DNA of 24,924 nucleotides from a virus: UHGV virus genome UHGV-0876952; one strand, 5' to 3'. Shown piece by piece: positions 8,956 to 16,098 of this stretch (position 1 is its first letter; each line of letters starts with the position of its first letter). The notes under the pieces were generated by a model. It saw only the letters and a program-made list of their open reading frames with translations, ran no database searches and was not told where the DNA came from. The position numbers and the translations under genes were made by a program.

Positions 8956-9989
8956 TTTTGACGGAGTTGGAATATCTGAAGAGCCGTCTTCTGTCGTTTT
9001 TCTTTTTCGTGGTCAGCGGTAAATGATTCTGACACCGCGTTATCAGAAGCATCAGAATCTGATACCTCTTTATCATTTTCTGTATCATCGAATATTGTTT
9101 CTGATGATTCAGAATTATCTGAATCATCACTGTCGTTATTATCATGTTTGTGCTTACTGTGTGATTCTGATTTGATAGATTTGTGATTATCTAACGCTGA
9201 GGGTGTCTCATGATCTTCGTTGTCTTCATTGTTTTCTCCAGAGGAATCCGTCTGGTCAGCGTCTGAAGGATCGGAAGTTTTTCCCGGAGCTGACTCCTTA
9301 CCTTTGCTTTCACTTTCAGTGTCTTTGAGGATCTTAGCTATGGTCGCAGCCACCTTTACACAATCCTCGGTGCAAGACATGTTACGCACGGCCACATCGA
9401 TACCATGTTCTTTTAATAATGAAATTGGTTTCTCAATGACAGGCCAATATTCATCCATGAAATCTACGAACGGTGCTTGGCCATCCCAGGCTCTTACAAC
9501 CGGACAGAGAAAGAAGTTTAGAAAAAGCGCGCGCTGATCTTTGCCACAATAAGCAATAGCCTCTGAAGCCTTTGGTTTAAAGACTTTTTCGATAATAAGG
9601 CGCTGAGTTGCCATCAGATTACGTCTTGTTCCGTTAAAGACCTGACCCATTTTTCGCTCGATGAACACGTCTTCTAAGGCATTCCATAGCGACCAGGAAG
9701 GAACGCGTCCTTTTTCTCTCATTTTGTTGGACACACGAATATCGGTAAACAAAATGTGAGCAACCTCATGATCGAGAAATCCGCGCACAGCATTCATCAA
9801 TGCCGGTGTTGCGTTATCCGGGATTGATGGGATGTTTACGAGAATTGGCTCTCCATCATCGTTATAGCGTACATAAGCGTCGTCCCCTCGTTCTGCAACA
9901 GGGATGTTTTTACCTGAAAGGAGAGCGACTACTCGTTTTACACTGTCACGGAAGTCCTGAACCTCTTTGATGGAACGTTTTTTAGACAT
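8952..9989 (-). CDS. CobT-like N-terminal domain protein with HExxH motif and acidic Ser/Asp-rich tail
   Basis: 345-aa ORF, RBS AAGGA before ATG 9989. Contains FLDHEVAHILF (HExxH) and a long low-complexity acidic tail (DSDDSDNSESSE...). Confidence 0.6.
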   Translation of the reverse strand: MSKKRSIKEVQDFRDSVKRVVALLSGKNIPVAERGDDAYVRYNDDGEPILVNIPSIPDNATPALMNAVRGFLDHEVAHILFTDIRVSNKMREKGRVPSWSLWNALEDVFIERKMGQVFNGTRRNLMATQRLIIEKVFKPKASEAIAYCGKDQRALFLNFFLCPVVRAWDGQAPFVDFMDEYWPVIEKPISLLKEHGIDVAVRNMSCTEDCVKVAATIAKILKDTESESKGKESAPGKTSDPSDADQTDSSGENNEDNEDHETPSALDNHKSIKSESHSKHKHDNNDSDDSDNSESSETIFDDTENDKEVSDSDASDNAVSESFTADHEKEKRQKTALQIFQLRQK

Positions 9990-10087
9990 GGCTAATCCTT
10001 TGTTATGAAAACAAATTATTTACTAGTGTGTTTAATGTAGCACTGCGCGAACAGGGAACTAAGCCATTCGCGCAGGGAGAAGAGGGG

Positions 10088-10300
10088 TTAACAGATTCTG
10101 ACGGCTAAAGACCCGGAGCCGATATTGAGAAGCGTGAAGCGTTTGTTGTTAAGTTCGAATATAAAGCCAGTTGTGTCATTCACACCAACCTGAATCTGCT
10201 CATTCGGTAGATCGGTGAGGATGTCAGCTACACACTCATCAGCTAATTTCTGTACGTGTCCGATCTCAAGAGCGATTAGGCTGGAAATAGTGGTGTTCAT
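10088..10300 (-). CDS. hypothetical small protein
   Basis: 70-aa ORF divergent from the HTH regulator gene; weak RBS; no recognisable motif. Confidence 0.4.
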   Translation of the reverse strand: MNTTISSLIALEIGHVQKLADECVADILTDLPNEQIQVGVNDTTGFIFELNNKRFTLLNIGSGSLAVRIC

Positions 10301-10476
10301 TCAATCAATCCATTCTAACTTATACTATGGTAAGGAATACTACTAAAATTTATATCAATACTGAATACATTCATATCATATGCAAGTTAATTTTCTTACC
10401 TGTTTTGGGCTAATTTTTCTCCGTGCAATGGCCTTTAACCGGTCTTTTAAGTGCCTATCGAAAAAATGATAATAGC

Positions 10477-10519
10477 TTTACAACCCTAACCTTTGATGTA
10501 ATATCGGTAAGCACTTACC
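10477..10519 (+). promoter_or_regulatory. candidate sigma70-type promoter (TTTACA-N16-TAATAT) with adjacent palindrome GGTAAG-CA-CTTACC upstream of the HTH gene
   Basis: Hexamers and the 14-bp palindrome (10506-10519) read directly, 30-45 bp upstream of ATG 10551, in an AT-rich divergent intergenic region. Confidence 0.35.
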
Positions 10520-10550
10520 AGAGAGAATTGAACGCGCAAAGGTTGTAACA

Positions 10551-10937
10551 ATGTCTGACAACAAGATTGAATTTATAGAAAGTCGCTATGCTGCTTTTAT
10601 CGCAGGGCTGATTGAATCCTCACCTATGAGTCAGGCCCAAATAGCCAGACTTATTGGTTATAAAAATGCCAACAACCTTTCTTTAATTAAAAGTGGCAAA
10701 ATTCCTTTGCCTATCGATAAGGTTCGTCCGTTGGCGCTGGCGCTGGGTATTGAGCCAAGTCGTCTTATGATGATGGTGCTGGAAGAACGCCAACCTGAAC
10801 TCGCAGCATTTTTATACAAAGAAGGCACCGCTCCTCTTAACGAGGACGAAAAACAGGTTCTTGCTGCATATAACGAGCGATTCGGTAAAGAGAAAGGCGC
10901 ATCACAAAAGGTTGTTGAGGCCATAAAGTCTCTATGA
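10551..10937 (+). CDS. XRE-family helix-turn-helix transcriptional regulator (repressor-like)
   Basis: 128-aa ORF; HTH signature SQAQIARLIGYKNANNLSLIKSGK; RBS AAAGG; 3' end overlaps the recombinase 3' end by 6 nt (convergent). Confidence 0.8.
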   Translation: MSDNKIEFIESRYAAFIAGLIESSPMSQAQIARLIGYKNANNLSLIKSGKIPLPIDKVRPLALALGIEPSRLMMMVLEERQPELAAFLYKEGTAPLNEDEKQVLAAYNERFGKEKGASQKVVEAIKSL

Positions 10938-12035
10938 AAAATTTACACGAATAAGCTCTGTTGATAGACGATCTCCCTTGAATTTGTGGTCAATTTCGTC
11001 TAAATCCGGTTGCTCTACGATTGATGCGATGTACGTCGAGAAACTTTCTAAGGCGTCTCGCATCTCGTCCATATAATCGTGCCGGTCGTAGACTCGATCT
11101 ATCCCCTCAAGACTGTGGTTCATGATTTTGCGTGATACCTCCTGGCTTATGCCTAATGCCGGGAAGTAACTACGCGCAGTACGGCGCAAGTCTCGGGGTG
11201 TAAATGGCTCAAGCTCCATCAGTTCTGGTCGTTCCAGGATACGACGTAATGCCTGGGCTATTGCCACTTTAGACATAGGAAGGTCTTTCCCGATTTTTTT
11301 ATTCGAAGGCACGAGCCACTGGCTGCCTTTACCGTATTCGAACAACTCTTCAATACATGTGCGCATTAATGTGCTTAAAGGCAGCGAATGCTCACGGGCA
11401 GATTTGTTCCTCTTGCCTTGATTCCAAACCCCACGCTTAAGATTGAACTCACTTTTTTTAGCCCGCAGTACTTCGTCAGGTCGTCTTGCGGATACAAGAC
11501 ACAGCCTGGCCGCCCATTTTGTACCAGCGCACACATTGAAGTAGTCCCATATATTCCAGAACACCCATACCTCTGCGTCGGTCAGCTTCCGCTCGCGAGG
11601 TGTGGGCTTTGCGCCACCGGCAACTTTGTTTAGTGACATATCGTTTAACGGTGACACGTCTATCATCCCCTGGAAGGCGCACCAGCTAAGGAACTGCTTC
11701 ATCAGAGAGAAAACGCGGCGGCCCATAACAATTTTGCCATCCAGTATTAGTGGGTTGACCAGTTGGTTCACCATGAACCTATTAATGTCACTTACTTTTA
11801 CATCGGCAATGTGCGGCAAAACATGTATCAAAATACAATGAACAGCGATCTCTGGCCGACGTCTTGTTATCAGCAGAGATAAGCGAGTGAATAACATGAA
11901 TGCGTCCGAGAATCTCATGTCATTGCTGACCTGCGAGATCATAACGGCCTGCATTTGAGATGCTCTTTCGAGATACTCAATCGCCTCTTTTGAGGTGTTC
12001 TCCGCAGCGCGTGCTCTGTCAAAGCTATTTTTCAT
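10932..12035 (-). CDS. int: tyrosine site-specific recombinase / phage integrase family
   Basis: 367-aa ORF with box I-like ARRPDEVL, box II-like PRDLRRTARS...MNHSLEG...VYDRHDY (R, H-x-x-R-like, H, Y catalytic pattern). Confidence 0.85.
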   Translation of the reverse strand: MKNSFDRARAAENTSKEAIEYLERASQMQAVMISQVSNDMRFSDAFMLFTRLSLLITRRRPEIAVHCILIHVLPHIADVKVSDINRFMVNQLVNPLILDGKIVMGRRVFSLMKQFLSWCAFQGMIDVSPLNDMSLNKVAGGAKPTPRERKLTDAEVWVFWNIWDYFNVCAGTKWAARLCLVSARRPDEVLRAKKSEFNLKRGVWNQGKRNKSAREHSLPLSTLMRTCIEELFEYGKGSQWLVPSNKKIGKDLPMSKVAIAQALRRILERPELMELEPFTPRDLRRTARSYFPALGISQEVSRKIMNHSLEGIDRVYDRHDYMDEMRDALESFSTYIASIVEQPDLDEIDHKFKGDRLSTELIRVNFS

Positions 12036-12133
12036 ATGACAATCACCGAGTTACGCCGATTCACTGTATAAGTAAACAGTATATTAGGCATAGATTCTTA
12101 TAGGATCAAGAGTAAAAGTAACTCATTTTCAGT

Positions 12134-12166
12134 AATGATTCCATACATAGTAGGTATGGAATCATT
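12134..12166. other. perfect 13-bp inverted repeat with 7-bp spacer (AATGATTCCATAC-ATAGTAG-GTATGGAATCATT); candidate recombinase core site
   Basis: Read directly; about 100 bp upstream of the recombinase start. The 13-7-13 architecture matches lox/FRT-type tyrosine recombinase targets. Confidence 0.5.
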
Positions 12167-12211
12167 TTGACGTTGTTTTTTGAATTTTAAGGGAAACGGG
12201 AGTGAGTTTGG

Positions 12212-12241
12212 TGGGTATAAAAACGGCTCCTGTGAGCCGTT
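12212..12241 (-). terminator. rho-independent terminator downstream of the glutaredoxin gene
   Basis: Hairpin AACGGCTC-CTGT-GAGCCGTT (12222-12241) followed on the minus strand by UUUUAUA, immediately after the stop at 12246. Confidence 0.55.
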
Positions 12242-12245
12242 AAAA

Positions 12246-12491
12246 TCAGAGGGTGCTGACGTATGCAGCCAGTTCTGTGTATCCGCCAATCGGTTGGCCA
12301 TCGATCAGCACTTGGGGGATAGTCTCTACCGGTTTACCAACAATTTCACTTAGTTTTTCCTTGTCGATACCGGCAGTGGTGATGTCGATGTACTCATAAT
12401 CACCGTAGCCATGTCCCTTTAGTTGCTTCGCCAGCTCGACCGCACGTTTGCAGTATGAGCAGTTATCTCGTCCGTAGATAGTGATCGTCAT
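12246..12491 (-). CDS. glutaredoxin (Grx/NrdH-like thiol-disulfide oxidoreductase)
   Basis: Start placed at ATG 12491 (MTITIYGRDNCSYCKRA...) with RBS GAGGTAACA; the track's longer 107-aa ORF has a non-Grx N-terminal extension. CSYC active site in a thioredoxin-fold context; 81 aa. Confidence 0.8.
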   Translation of the reverse strand: MTITIYGRDNCSYCKRAVELAKQLKGHGYGDYEYIDITTAGIDKEKLSEIVGKPVETIPQVLIDGQPIGGYTELAAYVSTL

Positions 12492-12533
12492 TGTTACCTC
12501 ATAGAATTGATATGCAACTTTACTTACAAAGAA

Positions 12534-12555
12534 GATAGGTATGTGCATACTTATC
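12534..12555. promoter_or_regulatory. palindromic operator candidate GATAGGTA-TGTGCA-TACTTATC upstream of glutaredoxin
   Basis: 8-6-8 inverted repeat, 43-64 bp upstream of the grx start; member of a recurring family (see findings). Confidence 0.45.
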
Positions 12556-12611
12556 TTTACAGTCTGCATTATAAAGCTATTAAAGCCTCGATCAATCTAT
12601 TAATTAAGGCA

Positions 12612-12645
12612 TTGTTTGGTTAACATTAGCCTAATATTTTATAGT
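12612..12645 (+). promoter_or_regulatory. candidate promoter for the AT-rich island (TTGGTT-N18-TATAGT)
   Basis: Hexamers read directly, about 20 bp upstream of ATG 12666. Confidence 0.3.
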
Positions 12646-12665
12646 TAGTAGAGTGAAATACATAC

Positions 12666-13643
12666 ATGCCTTTTTTAATTTTCATTATTATACTACTGCT
12701 CACCGTCATTTTTTGGGATTGGGTTGTTTTAAATGGTCAAACTGTTGGAACATTGGCTACAGCATTTGCTTTTATAGCAACAGCATGGAATGCCTACGAA
12801 GCGAGAAAAAGTGCAAAAGCAGCTTTTTCAGCCCTTCAATTAACAACTGAATCATTGTTCGAAATGCGAAAGAGTGCATTTAAACAATGGTTTGATTCCT
12901 TATTAAATCAACATGATGAGTTATGTCTTCTTGCAAAACAAATTATCGATAAACACAAAATTAATTTAAACAGCGATGAGTTACATAGACTATATTATCC
13001 ATTGGTAAGACAGCATGAGGTAATACAGTATGTGAAGCATATTATTAATATATTTGAGTATGTGGATGGTTCATTTTATATTGATGGGGAATGTCTCAAG
13101 GAAAAAAGAGCGTATGTGTCACAATTAATTTTTAAAATCCCACCTCAGATGAAGTTGATCATTGCTATCTTTGGATTAAAAATCGATTATTGTGAACATA
13201 TTAATTCGGAAAAACTGTGTTGTTTATTGAATAAATATGATTTTTTCAATGATGAAATATTTTTTGATGATGCTTATTCAAATATGCCTTATCTGGATAC
13301 ATTCATAAACCTTAGATTCAACAAAATATTCAAATCTCGAATGATAAATTATTTTGATAATATCATTAAAAGTTATTATGTTCCATCGGACGTTAAAAGG
13401 GACTGGATGTTTCGACACCCAAAGCTCGTACCGTCGGTTCTTATGAATTATAAAACTCCTTGTTCTCCTATAATTAATGATTACTTTGAGAAGTTGCCTT
13501 TACATGTAAGAAACTACTTTGAGGAACTACTTAAAACCGCGAATGATAGAGTTACTCATTTTGACGTTTACATCCCACGCCTTATTGGTTGTTCAATCGT
13601 GCAACATTACGAAGATGTGCCTTCGAAAAAACAGGTTAAATGA
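12666..13643 (+). CDS. hypothetical membrane-anchored protein (two N-terminal TM helices), AT-rich accessory gene
   Basis: 325-aa ORF. N-terminal hydrophobic segments FLIFIIILLLTVIFWDWVVL and TVGTLATAFAFIATAW, then a Lys/Asn/Tyr/Phe-rich soluble domain with no motif I recognise. Codon usage strongly AT-biased relative to neighbours. Confidence 0.7.
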   Translation: MPFLIFIIILLLTVIFWDWVVLNGQTVGTLATAFAFIATAWNAYEARKSAKAAFSALQLTTESLFEMRKSAFKQWFDSLLNQHDELCLLAKQIIDKHKINLNSDELHRLYYPLVRQHEVIQYVKHIINIFEYVDGSFYIDGECLKEKRAYVSQLIFKIPPQMKLIIAIFGLKIDYCEHINSEKLCCLLNKYDFFNDEIFFDDAYSNMPYLDTFINLRFNKIFKSRMINYFDNIIKSYYVPSDVKRDWMFRHPKLVPSVLMNYKTPCSPIINDYFEKLPLHVRNYFEELLKTANDRVTHFDVYIPRLIGCSIVQHYEDVPSKKQVK

Positions 13644-13662
13644 CAGGAATGATGTAATAGCT

Positions 13663-13926
13663 ATGGCTGAAGATTACATCGAGAAAAGAAAATCTAATCA
13701 ACTAGATTACATACTTGAAGATATATACTTTAAGAGTGACGAAGATATAATCCCAGGCCACCATTTAATTGTGGCATTTGATGACTATGAATATAAATTA
13801 GCACTAATTAAGATAAATGAAAATAAAGATAACGATAATCTTTTAAATCGAATTTATACTGAATCCAGTAGCATGGTTAATGAATATAAGCGCGAAATAT
13901 TAAAATTGGGCGACTATGCAAAGTAA
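13663..13926 (+). CDS. hypothetical small acidic protein (partner of the upstream membrane protein)
   Basis: In-frame ATG at 13663 within track ORF 13519..13926, 19 nt after the upstream stop, preceded by AGGAA. 87 aa, acidic. The track's longer N-terminus overlaps the upstream gene and is unlikely. Confidence 0.55.
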   Translation: MAEDYIEKRKSNQLDYILEDIYFKSDEDIIPGHHLIVAFDDYEYKLALIKINENKDNDNLLNRIYTESSSMVNEYKREILKLGDYAK

Positions 13927-13940
13927 ATTGCACTGTTCAA

Positions 13941-13971
13941 CAAAAAAGGGGCCGAAGCCCCTTTGAATTTT
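13941..13971 (+). terminator. rho-independent terminator (A-tract, GGGGC-CGAA-GCCCC, T-tract)
   Basis: Canonical GC stem with flanking A- and T-runs, 15 bp after the island's last stop; potentially bidirectional. Confidence 0.7.
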
Positions 13972-14118
13972 GCGCTGAAAAAAGTGTTGCTAGGATATTA
14001 GCAAGCTATGGTTAAGAACGTCTGCCGTAATTATCTATCACAGCGTTGAGCGGTCTGGTTTATGTTAGCGGAGTCTTAATCGAGTTGATTAAAAGGCCAA
14101 ACCGCTCAACGCTGTGTC

Positions 14119-14205
14119 TGGCGGAGAGTAATGGAATCGAACCATCATCGTTTGCACAATGGGACGGTTTTCAAGACCGCTTGAGCACCATGCTCCCTAC
14201 TCTCC
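14119..14205 (-). tRNA. tRNA-Ser-like (anticodon UGA), type II with long variable arm
   Basis: 87 nt. Acceptor GGAGAGT/ACTCTCC, discriminator G, encoded CCA, T-loop TTCGATT, anticodon stem GCGGT/ACCGT with loop CTTGAAA, 17-nt variable arm. Position 8 is A rather than U and the D-arm is atypical, hence reduced confidence. Confidence 0.6.
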
Positions 14206-14422
14206 AATTGTTGTGGTTACCGGTACTGATCTCCGGCTTAGCGACCCCGGCTACTGACTGCATTGCAGTGTGTGAACTCGCCTCGTGTGTCGCTGGGGCA
14301 TTTCTTTCCGCGCATCAGTCTGCGCATCAACCACAACGAAAAGAGCACTGTATGACGTTTGCACGGACTTACGCTTAAAACAGGGCAGTCTCGGCGGTTT
14401 TCAATGCTCTTTCCTGTTGTGT

Positions 14423-14498
14423 TGGTGCCGGTTAACGGACTCGAACCGCTGACATCCTGCTTACAAGGCAGGCGCTCTACCAACTGAGCTAAACCGGC
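14423..14498 (-). tRNA. tRNA-Thr (anticodon UGU)
   Basis: 76 nt. Canonical cloverleaf GCCGGTT-TA-GCTCAGTTGGTAGAGC-...-CCTGC CTTGTAA GCAGG-...-GGTTCGAGTCC-...-AACCGGC-A-CCA. Confidence 0.9.
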
Positions 14499-14502
14499 AA
14501 TT

Positions 14503-14589
14503 TGGTGGGGAGTGATGGAGTCGAACCACCCGAGTCGCAATGACAGTAGATTTACAGTCTACACCGCTACCTCTACGGACTAACTCCCC
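14503..14589 (-). tRNA. tRNA-Tyr (anticodon GUA), type II
   Basis: 87 nt. Acceptor GGGGAGT/ACTCCCC, U8 A9, anticodon stem-loop GTAGA CTGTAAA TCTAC, long variable arm, T-loop TTCGACT, encoded CCA. Confidence 0.85.
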
Positions 14590-14594
14590 TAAAT

Positions 14595-14669
14595 TGGCGA
14601 TGGTGGGTGGATTCGAACCACCGACCAGTTGGTTAACAGCCAACTGCTCTACCGCTGAGCCACACCATC
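14595..14669 (-). tRNA. tRNA-Asn (anticodon GUU)
   Basis: 75 nt. Acceptor GATGGTG/CACCATC, D-arm GCTC AGCGGTA GAGC, anticodon stem-loop GTTGG CTGTTAA CCAAC, T-arm GGTGG TTCGAAT CCACC, discriminator G, CCA. Confidence 0.9.
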
Positions 14670-14856
14670 AATTCAGCACTGCCAGTATTTATTACTCAAC
14701 AGTGCCAATCGCGACGGTTTAGTTTCTGCCAGGAAACGCACCGCTACTTGCACTTTTCGTTAGTGCCAGACGCTTTCGACTTCGCTCAATAGTAGAAGGC
14801 AAAATCTTTAAGTAGATGATGTTTCTGAGGACAGCACCTACTTTGTAATTTATACA

Positions 14857-14876
14857 ATGTGATGTATGGAATCATT
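14857..14876. repeat. copy of the 20-bp element (ATGtGATGTATGGAATCATT; 19/20 to copies A and D)
   Basis: Read directly; intergenic, about 190 bp upstream (minus sense) of the tRNA cluster. Confidence 0.6.
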
Positions 14877-15415
14877 TGTTGTGAAAACAGGCACCAATGG
14901 CAACAGTGGTTAAACCTACACAACAATCCCGTCTTCACAACGTTGAGGCCACTACTCCGATTGAATGTTTGCCCAACATGTTACATATCAACGCTCGCCG
15001 GTATCTCTGTGAATAGAACCTTAGAATTGATAAAAATGTAATGGCCTCAACGTTGTGTGCTGGCTAACCATACCAGCCGGGCTACGTCGCCGCTTTTAAC
15101 CCAGTATAAACGACATAATTGAACAAAATGACGTAACAGGATGGGCGGTCAGTGGCTAAGAATCCGGGAGTCATATGGAGTTGAAAATATACCAACCGCC
15201 CATTCTGTTACTTCATCGGAGGGAACATGAATGTTCCCTCCTGCGTTCTGCAATCACACTCGCTCAGTGTGTCCCATTTCGGTAACGAGGCTGGAAACTG
15301 ACCTCGCTGGTGTTTGGCTTATTAGGCTACTGCCAGATAGACTTCTTCGTTTGCACTTGTATTTAAGTTCAAACAGTCGCGTCTCAACGAAAACAAAGTC
15401 ATCTTATACACAAAA

Positions 15416-15437
15416 GATAAGTAAGTAAATACTTATC
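15416..15437. promoter_or_regulatory. perfect palindromic operator candidate GATAAGTA-AGTAAA-TACTTATC
   Basis: Perfect 8-bp inverted repeat with 6-bp spacer, read directly; between the 96-aa membrane protein gene and the tRNA-cluster leader. Confidence 0.45.
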
Positions 15438-15446
15438 AATATGTTT

Positions 15447-15737
15447 TTATTCGGTTGTGACTTTTTTGATCAAGGCCACTCTACGACTAGATGTTCTTGT
15501 AATGGTGGCAGTGAATCGTTTCGCTTGGATAGTAATGGTTTCGTTCTCCTTAAGTTGCCCGTAGCGAGTTTCCACCAGGGTGCCAAGACGCCACAGACCA
15601 TCATCGATACGTTTATGACTAGCAAATTTAATCAGCAACAGTTTTACGACTAACTGACCTACGTAAAAGGCGAATGCGACTCCGGCCGCTAATAAATAGG
15701 TGGCCAACCACCATTCCCAAGAAGTTAAATTGCTCAT
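15447..15737 (-). CDS. small membrane protein (N-terminal TM helix, basic C-terminus)
   Basis: 96-aa ORF with RBS AAGGTGA before ATG 15737; hydrophobic WEWWLATYLLAAGVAFAFYVGQLVV segment. Confidence 0.55.
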   Translation of the reverse strand: MSNLTSWEWWLATYLLAAGVAFAFYVGQLVVKLLLIKFASHKRIDDGLWRLGTLVETRYGQLKENETITIQAKRFTATITRTSSRRVALIKKVTTE

Positions 15738-15867
15738 TTTTTCACCTTTGTTTCATGAACTACCCGATACACACGCTTTCCGATGCACAGTGTTTTGGTT
15801 TTAAGTTCCTGCTTAATTAAATCACGACAGATGCCGAAGCCGATAAGGAAGCCACCCATAAAAGCTA

Positions 15868-15887
15868 ATGAGATGTATGGAATCATT
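15868..15887. repeat. copy of the 20-bp element (ATGAGATGTATGGAATCATT), identical 20/20 to the copy inside dnaE
   Basis: Read directly; intergenic, about 130 bp upstream of the 96-aa membrane protein gene. Confidence 0.6.
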
Positions 15888-16098
15888 TTAACACTCCTGA
15901 TTCTACTAATTGCTGTAGCAATACTTTCCCTTTATCAGTTAACTGGTAGTTGGCCGAACACCACGTTTCAGAAACGTTTGCAACCAACCCTAAACGCTCT
16001 AACTTAGCTCGCGTTTTAGGCTTCCAGTACTCAGGGAACTCCGGCCACTTACTGATTTCATGAAGCGTTTCCTTCTCCCGTTTACTTAATACGATCAT
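15883..16098 (-). CDS. hypothetical small protein
   Basis: 71-aa ORF with strong RBS AAGGAGA before ATG 16098; charged, helical; no assignable motif. Confidence 0.5.
   Translation of the reverse strand: MIVLSKREKETLHEISKWPEFPEYWKPKTRAKLERLGLVANVSETWCSANYQLTDKGKVLLQQLVESGVLK

Noticed and set aside
12098-12301. Track ORF 12098..12301 (-)
   Set aside because: It spans the 13-7-13 palindrome and the grx terminator hairpin and overlaps the glutaredoxin 3' end; no RBS.
12492-12569. N-terminal extension of the glutaredoxin ORF (MQTVKISMHIPIFFVSKVAYQFYEVT)
   Set aside because: The extension overlaps the operator-like palindrome and promoter region; the internal ATG at 12491 has a strong RBS and yields a canonical glutaredoxin length.
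14043-14110. Possible fifth tRNA in the inverted-repeat region 3' of the Ser-like tRNA
   Set aside because: The segment has a 10-bp terminal inverted repeat but no T-loop (GTTCNANNC) or anticodon-arm pattern on either strand; it is treated as a hairpin only.
14046-14722. Track ORFs 14046..14378 (+), 14238..14540 (-), 14461..14643 (-) and 14540..14722 (+)
   Set aside because: They overlap the four tRNA genes and their spacers and have no ribosome-binding sites; they are open frames created by structured RNA sequence.
14859-16007. Small ORFs 14859..15041 and 15783..16007, which both encode M-Y-G-I-I across the repeated 20-bp element
   Set aside because: The shared peptide is a by-product of the DNA repeat; the element occurs in both orientations and in different frames (including inside dnaE), so conservation is at the nucleotide level.
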